Shown: piece after piece, positions 61,966-64,000 of the stretch
Layout of the letters: each line of letters begins with the position of its first letter
Numbering within the stretch: position 1 is the first letter of the stretch
Assembly: GCA_002189035.1 (NCBI GenBank)
Contig: NEEC01000018.1
Coordinates: 2,294,001 to 2,358,000, forward strand
DNA from: Utricularia gibba
Lineage: Eukaryota > Plantae > Magnoliophyta
Direction: 5' to 3'
DNA: 64,000 nucleotides
Program-made: the position numbers and the translations under genes
Notes under the pieces: model-generated
The model's input: the letters and a program-made list of their open reading frames with translations, nothing else
Database searches by the model: none
Told to the model about the DNA's origin: nothing

Positions 61966-63029
61966 ATGAAGAAGCTTCTGCTCTGCATCTCCGCCGTCGG
62001 ATTCCTCATCCCTTTCATTAACGCCAGAATCCCTGGCGCCTACACTGGTGGCCCATGGCAAGCAGCACATGCTACATTCTACGGCGGCAGCGATGCTTCC
62101 GGAACTATGGGTACATTCAAAACCCGCCATTCTTTTGGGTTTTTCACTCCGAGGTTCACCTTACGTATTGTCTACAGGCGGCGCGTGCGGATACGGGAAC
62201 TTGTACAGCCAGGGCTATGGCGTGAACACGGCGGCGCTGAGCACGGCACTGTTCGACGGAGGCCGTAGCTGCGGAGCTTGCTTCGAAATTAAGTGCAACG
62301 AACCGAATTGGTGTAACCCTGGGAACCCCTCCATCATCGTCACTGCCACAAATTTCTGTCCGCCGAACTACGCTCTGCCGAACGACAACGGCGGCTGGTG
62401 CAATCCTCCTCGCCCGCACTTCGACCTGGCCATGCCCATGTTTCTTAAAATCGCCGAGTACCGTGCAGGCATAGTCGCCGTCAATTTCCGCCGGTAAAGT
62501 TCCTTTTCCCTCTTTCGGACCGAAATGCCCTCTTGTAGCATCTCTATGTCAGGGTCTTTATAGTAATTTCCTAGAAGTAGGAACCCGGGTAACTTTTTGG
62601 GATAGGCGCGCTCCGAAAAATTTTTGACCGAAACCAGAATTAAATGAGGCGCCGTAAAAACCGCTGAAATTAGGGCTTCATTTATTAACTTTTGCTTTCC
62701 CCTTTTCTTCCATCTGCAGCATCCCGTGCCGAAAGCAAGGCGGCGTCAGATTCACCGTCAACGGTTTCCGCTACTTCAACCTCGTCCTCATCACAAACGT
62801 CGCCGGCGCCGGAGACATCGTCCGCGCGAGCGTCAAGGGCACGAGGACTCCATGGATTCCGATGAGCCGCAACTGGGGCCAGAACTGGCAGTCAAACGTC
62901 GTTCTCATGGGACAGGCCCTGTCCTTCAGAGTCACCTCTAGCGACGGCCGTACTTCGACGTCGATGAACGTGGCGCCTGCTGATTGGCAGTTCGGGCAGA
63001 CTTTCATGGGTAAAAATTTCAGAATCTAA
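61966..63029 (+). CDS. EXPA: Alpha-expansin (EXPA4/6/9/16 clade)
   Basis: Exons 61966-62110, 62178-62493 and 62720-63029. Signal peptide, then [44 protein letters not shown], the HFD motif and [10 protein letters not shown]. Confidence 0.97.
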
Positions 63030-63603
63030 ACCCAACTTCATCCGAGTCCACATTTTTCTGCCTTTTTAACATGAAAAATGTGGCAGCGAATGCCGATTAT
63101 AGATAGAGCCTCGACGTAGGGAGTGTCTGTTTCCATGTGTGGTTTGTATCTGGTATGTAGTAGAGGTTGCTGTTTGGTAGTCACCGCCGTTAAACAGTAC
63201 ACGGCGGTGTAGTTGTAGTTCCCAGGCCGAAGCGACTGCATTGTCTTGACAAGCCAAGATACTGTGTAGCCCGCGGCCTTCCCTTCCTTGCTGTTGTCAT
63301 CTGTCTGTAAGGCAGCCATTGTGGCGTGGCATTCACACCGTTGCTCAGTGAGGTGGGTTCTGCGTTCCATAGGATTCAATGAACATCACCACCTACCACA
63401 GAGTTAGTAGATGGGGACAGAGAGAGTAAATGCATCGGCCCAACACTTTAAGAAACCAGGGCTGGCTTCAATCAATCCACTATGCGTAAGCCCATAAGGC
63501 CCGGGGTGTAAACACTACAAAACACATTTCCGTACAGCATGAAAGATTATTGTCAGTCTTGACGACAGGGGCAAGCCAGCTATGTACAGGGTAAGGGTGG
63601 TTT

Positions 63604-64000
63604 TCAGTTCAGGCATACAGAAAGGAAGCTGAGGGCCTGGGGTACGCTGAGGCTACCGGAGTGGTGCCCGGCCTTGAGTTGGGGCATTACCTGCTTGGCT
63701 GCCCGGGATTTCTGATTGGTGCGGTCACTGGAGGGGCCCTTTGATTCATGGAGATCCTCGAGGGATTTCACGATCTCGTCCATGCTCGGTCGGTTTCTTG
63801 GATCCGATGAAACACACTGGAGAGCAAGTAGGGATGTCTTACCAACCATGGTAATGGGATACACTCCTTGAAGGCGGGGATCGACGATGCTGAGAACCCT
63901 GTGTCTGTTGCTGAGATACGGCTTCGCCCACTCGATCAGACTGTGCTCCCCTGGCGGACGATGCTTGTCGATCGCCCTTTTGCCGGTTATGATCTCTAGG
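63604..64000 (-). CDS. 3' end of a receptor-like cytoplasmic kinase, RLCK-VII (APK1/NAK/PBL-like), truncated by the window edge
   Basis: LEIITGKRAIDKHRPPGEHSLIEWAKPYL..DPRLQG..ALQCVSSDPRNRPSMDEIVKSLE. The family tail AYPRPSASFLYA* is in another frame, with its stop at 63609-63611. Confidence 0.9.
   Translation of the reverse strand, partial: LEIITGKRAIDKHRPPGEHSLIEWAKPYLSNRHRVLSIVDPRLQGVYPITMVGKTSLLALQCVSSDPRNRPSMDEIVKSLEDLHESKGPSSDRTNQKSRAAKQVMPQLKAGHHSGSLSVPQALSFLSVCLN

Noticed and set aside
1-64000. tRNA, rRNA or organellar insertions
   Set aside because: No T-loop/D-loop cloverleaf signatures and no recognisable plastid, mitochondrial or rDNA sequence by eye; tRNAscan-SE and BLASTN would be needed to exclude them.

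Overview
Gene-dense plant (eudicot) nuclear DNA with about 23 protein-coding genes in 64 kb (~1 per 2.8 kb) and mostly 70-400 bp GT-AG introns. This density suggests a very compact genome such as Lentibulariaceae, which is an inference only. In order: partial SHAQKYF 1R-MYB (+), DUF761 proline-rich protein (-), IDD14/15/16-type C2H2 zinc finger (-), ABHD17-like depalmitoylase (+), bHLH (+), ARM-repeat protein (+), TPD1-like peptide (-), a ~10-copy 140-bp tandem array, SAUR (+), steroleosin/HSD (-), CML (-), MTP5 (+), KING1 (+), PAC4 (-), PIG-U (+), PIG-L (+), PLS-E PPR (-), FLZ (-), CPN20 (+), RRP12 (-), DHHC S-acyltransferase (+), UPF0161/YidD (+), alpha-expansin (+), partial RLCK-VII kinase (-). 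I recognised no tRNA, rRNA, CRISPR array or intact transposon. Main observations: (1) about eight frame breaks in seven otherwise intact genes, mostly one missing base in G/C runs, most likely assembly consensus errors; (2) the 140-bp array has a dimeric higher-order structure and DR5-like TGTC motif pairs just upstream of the SAUR gene; (3) the two GPI-anchor pathway genes PIG-U and PIG-L are adjacent, 360 bp apart. Homologue names come from recall of family sequences, not from database searches. Exon coordinates were derived by hand.
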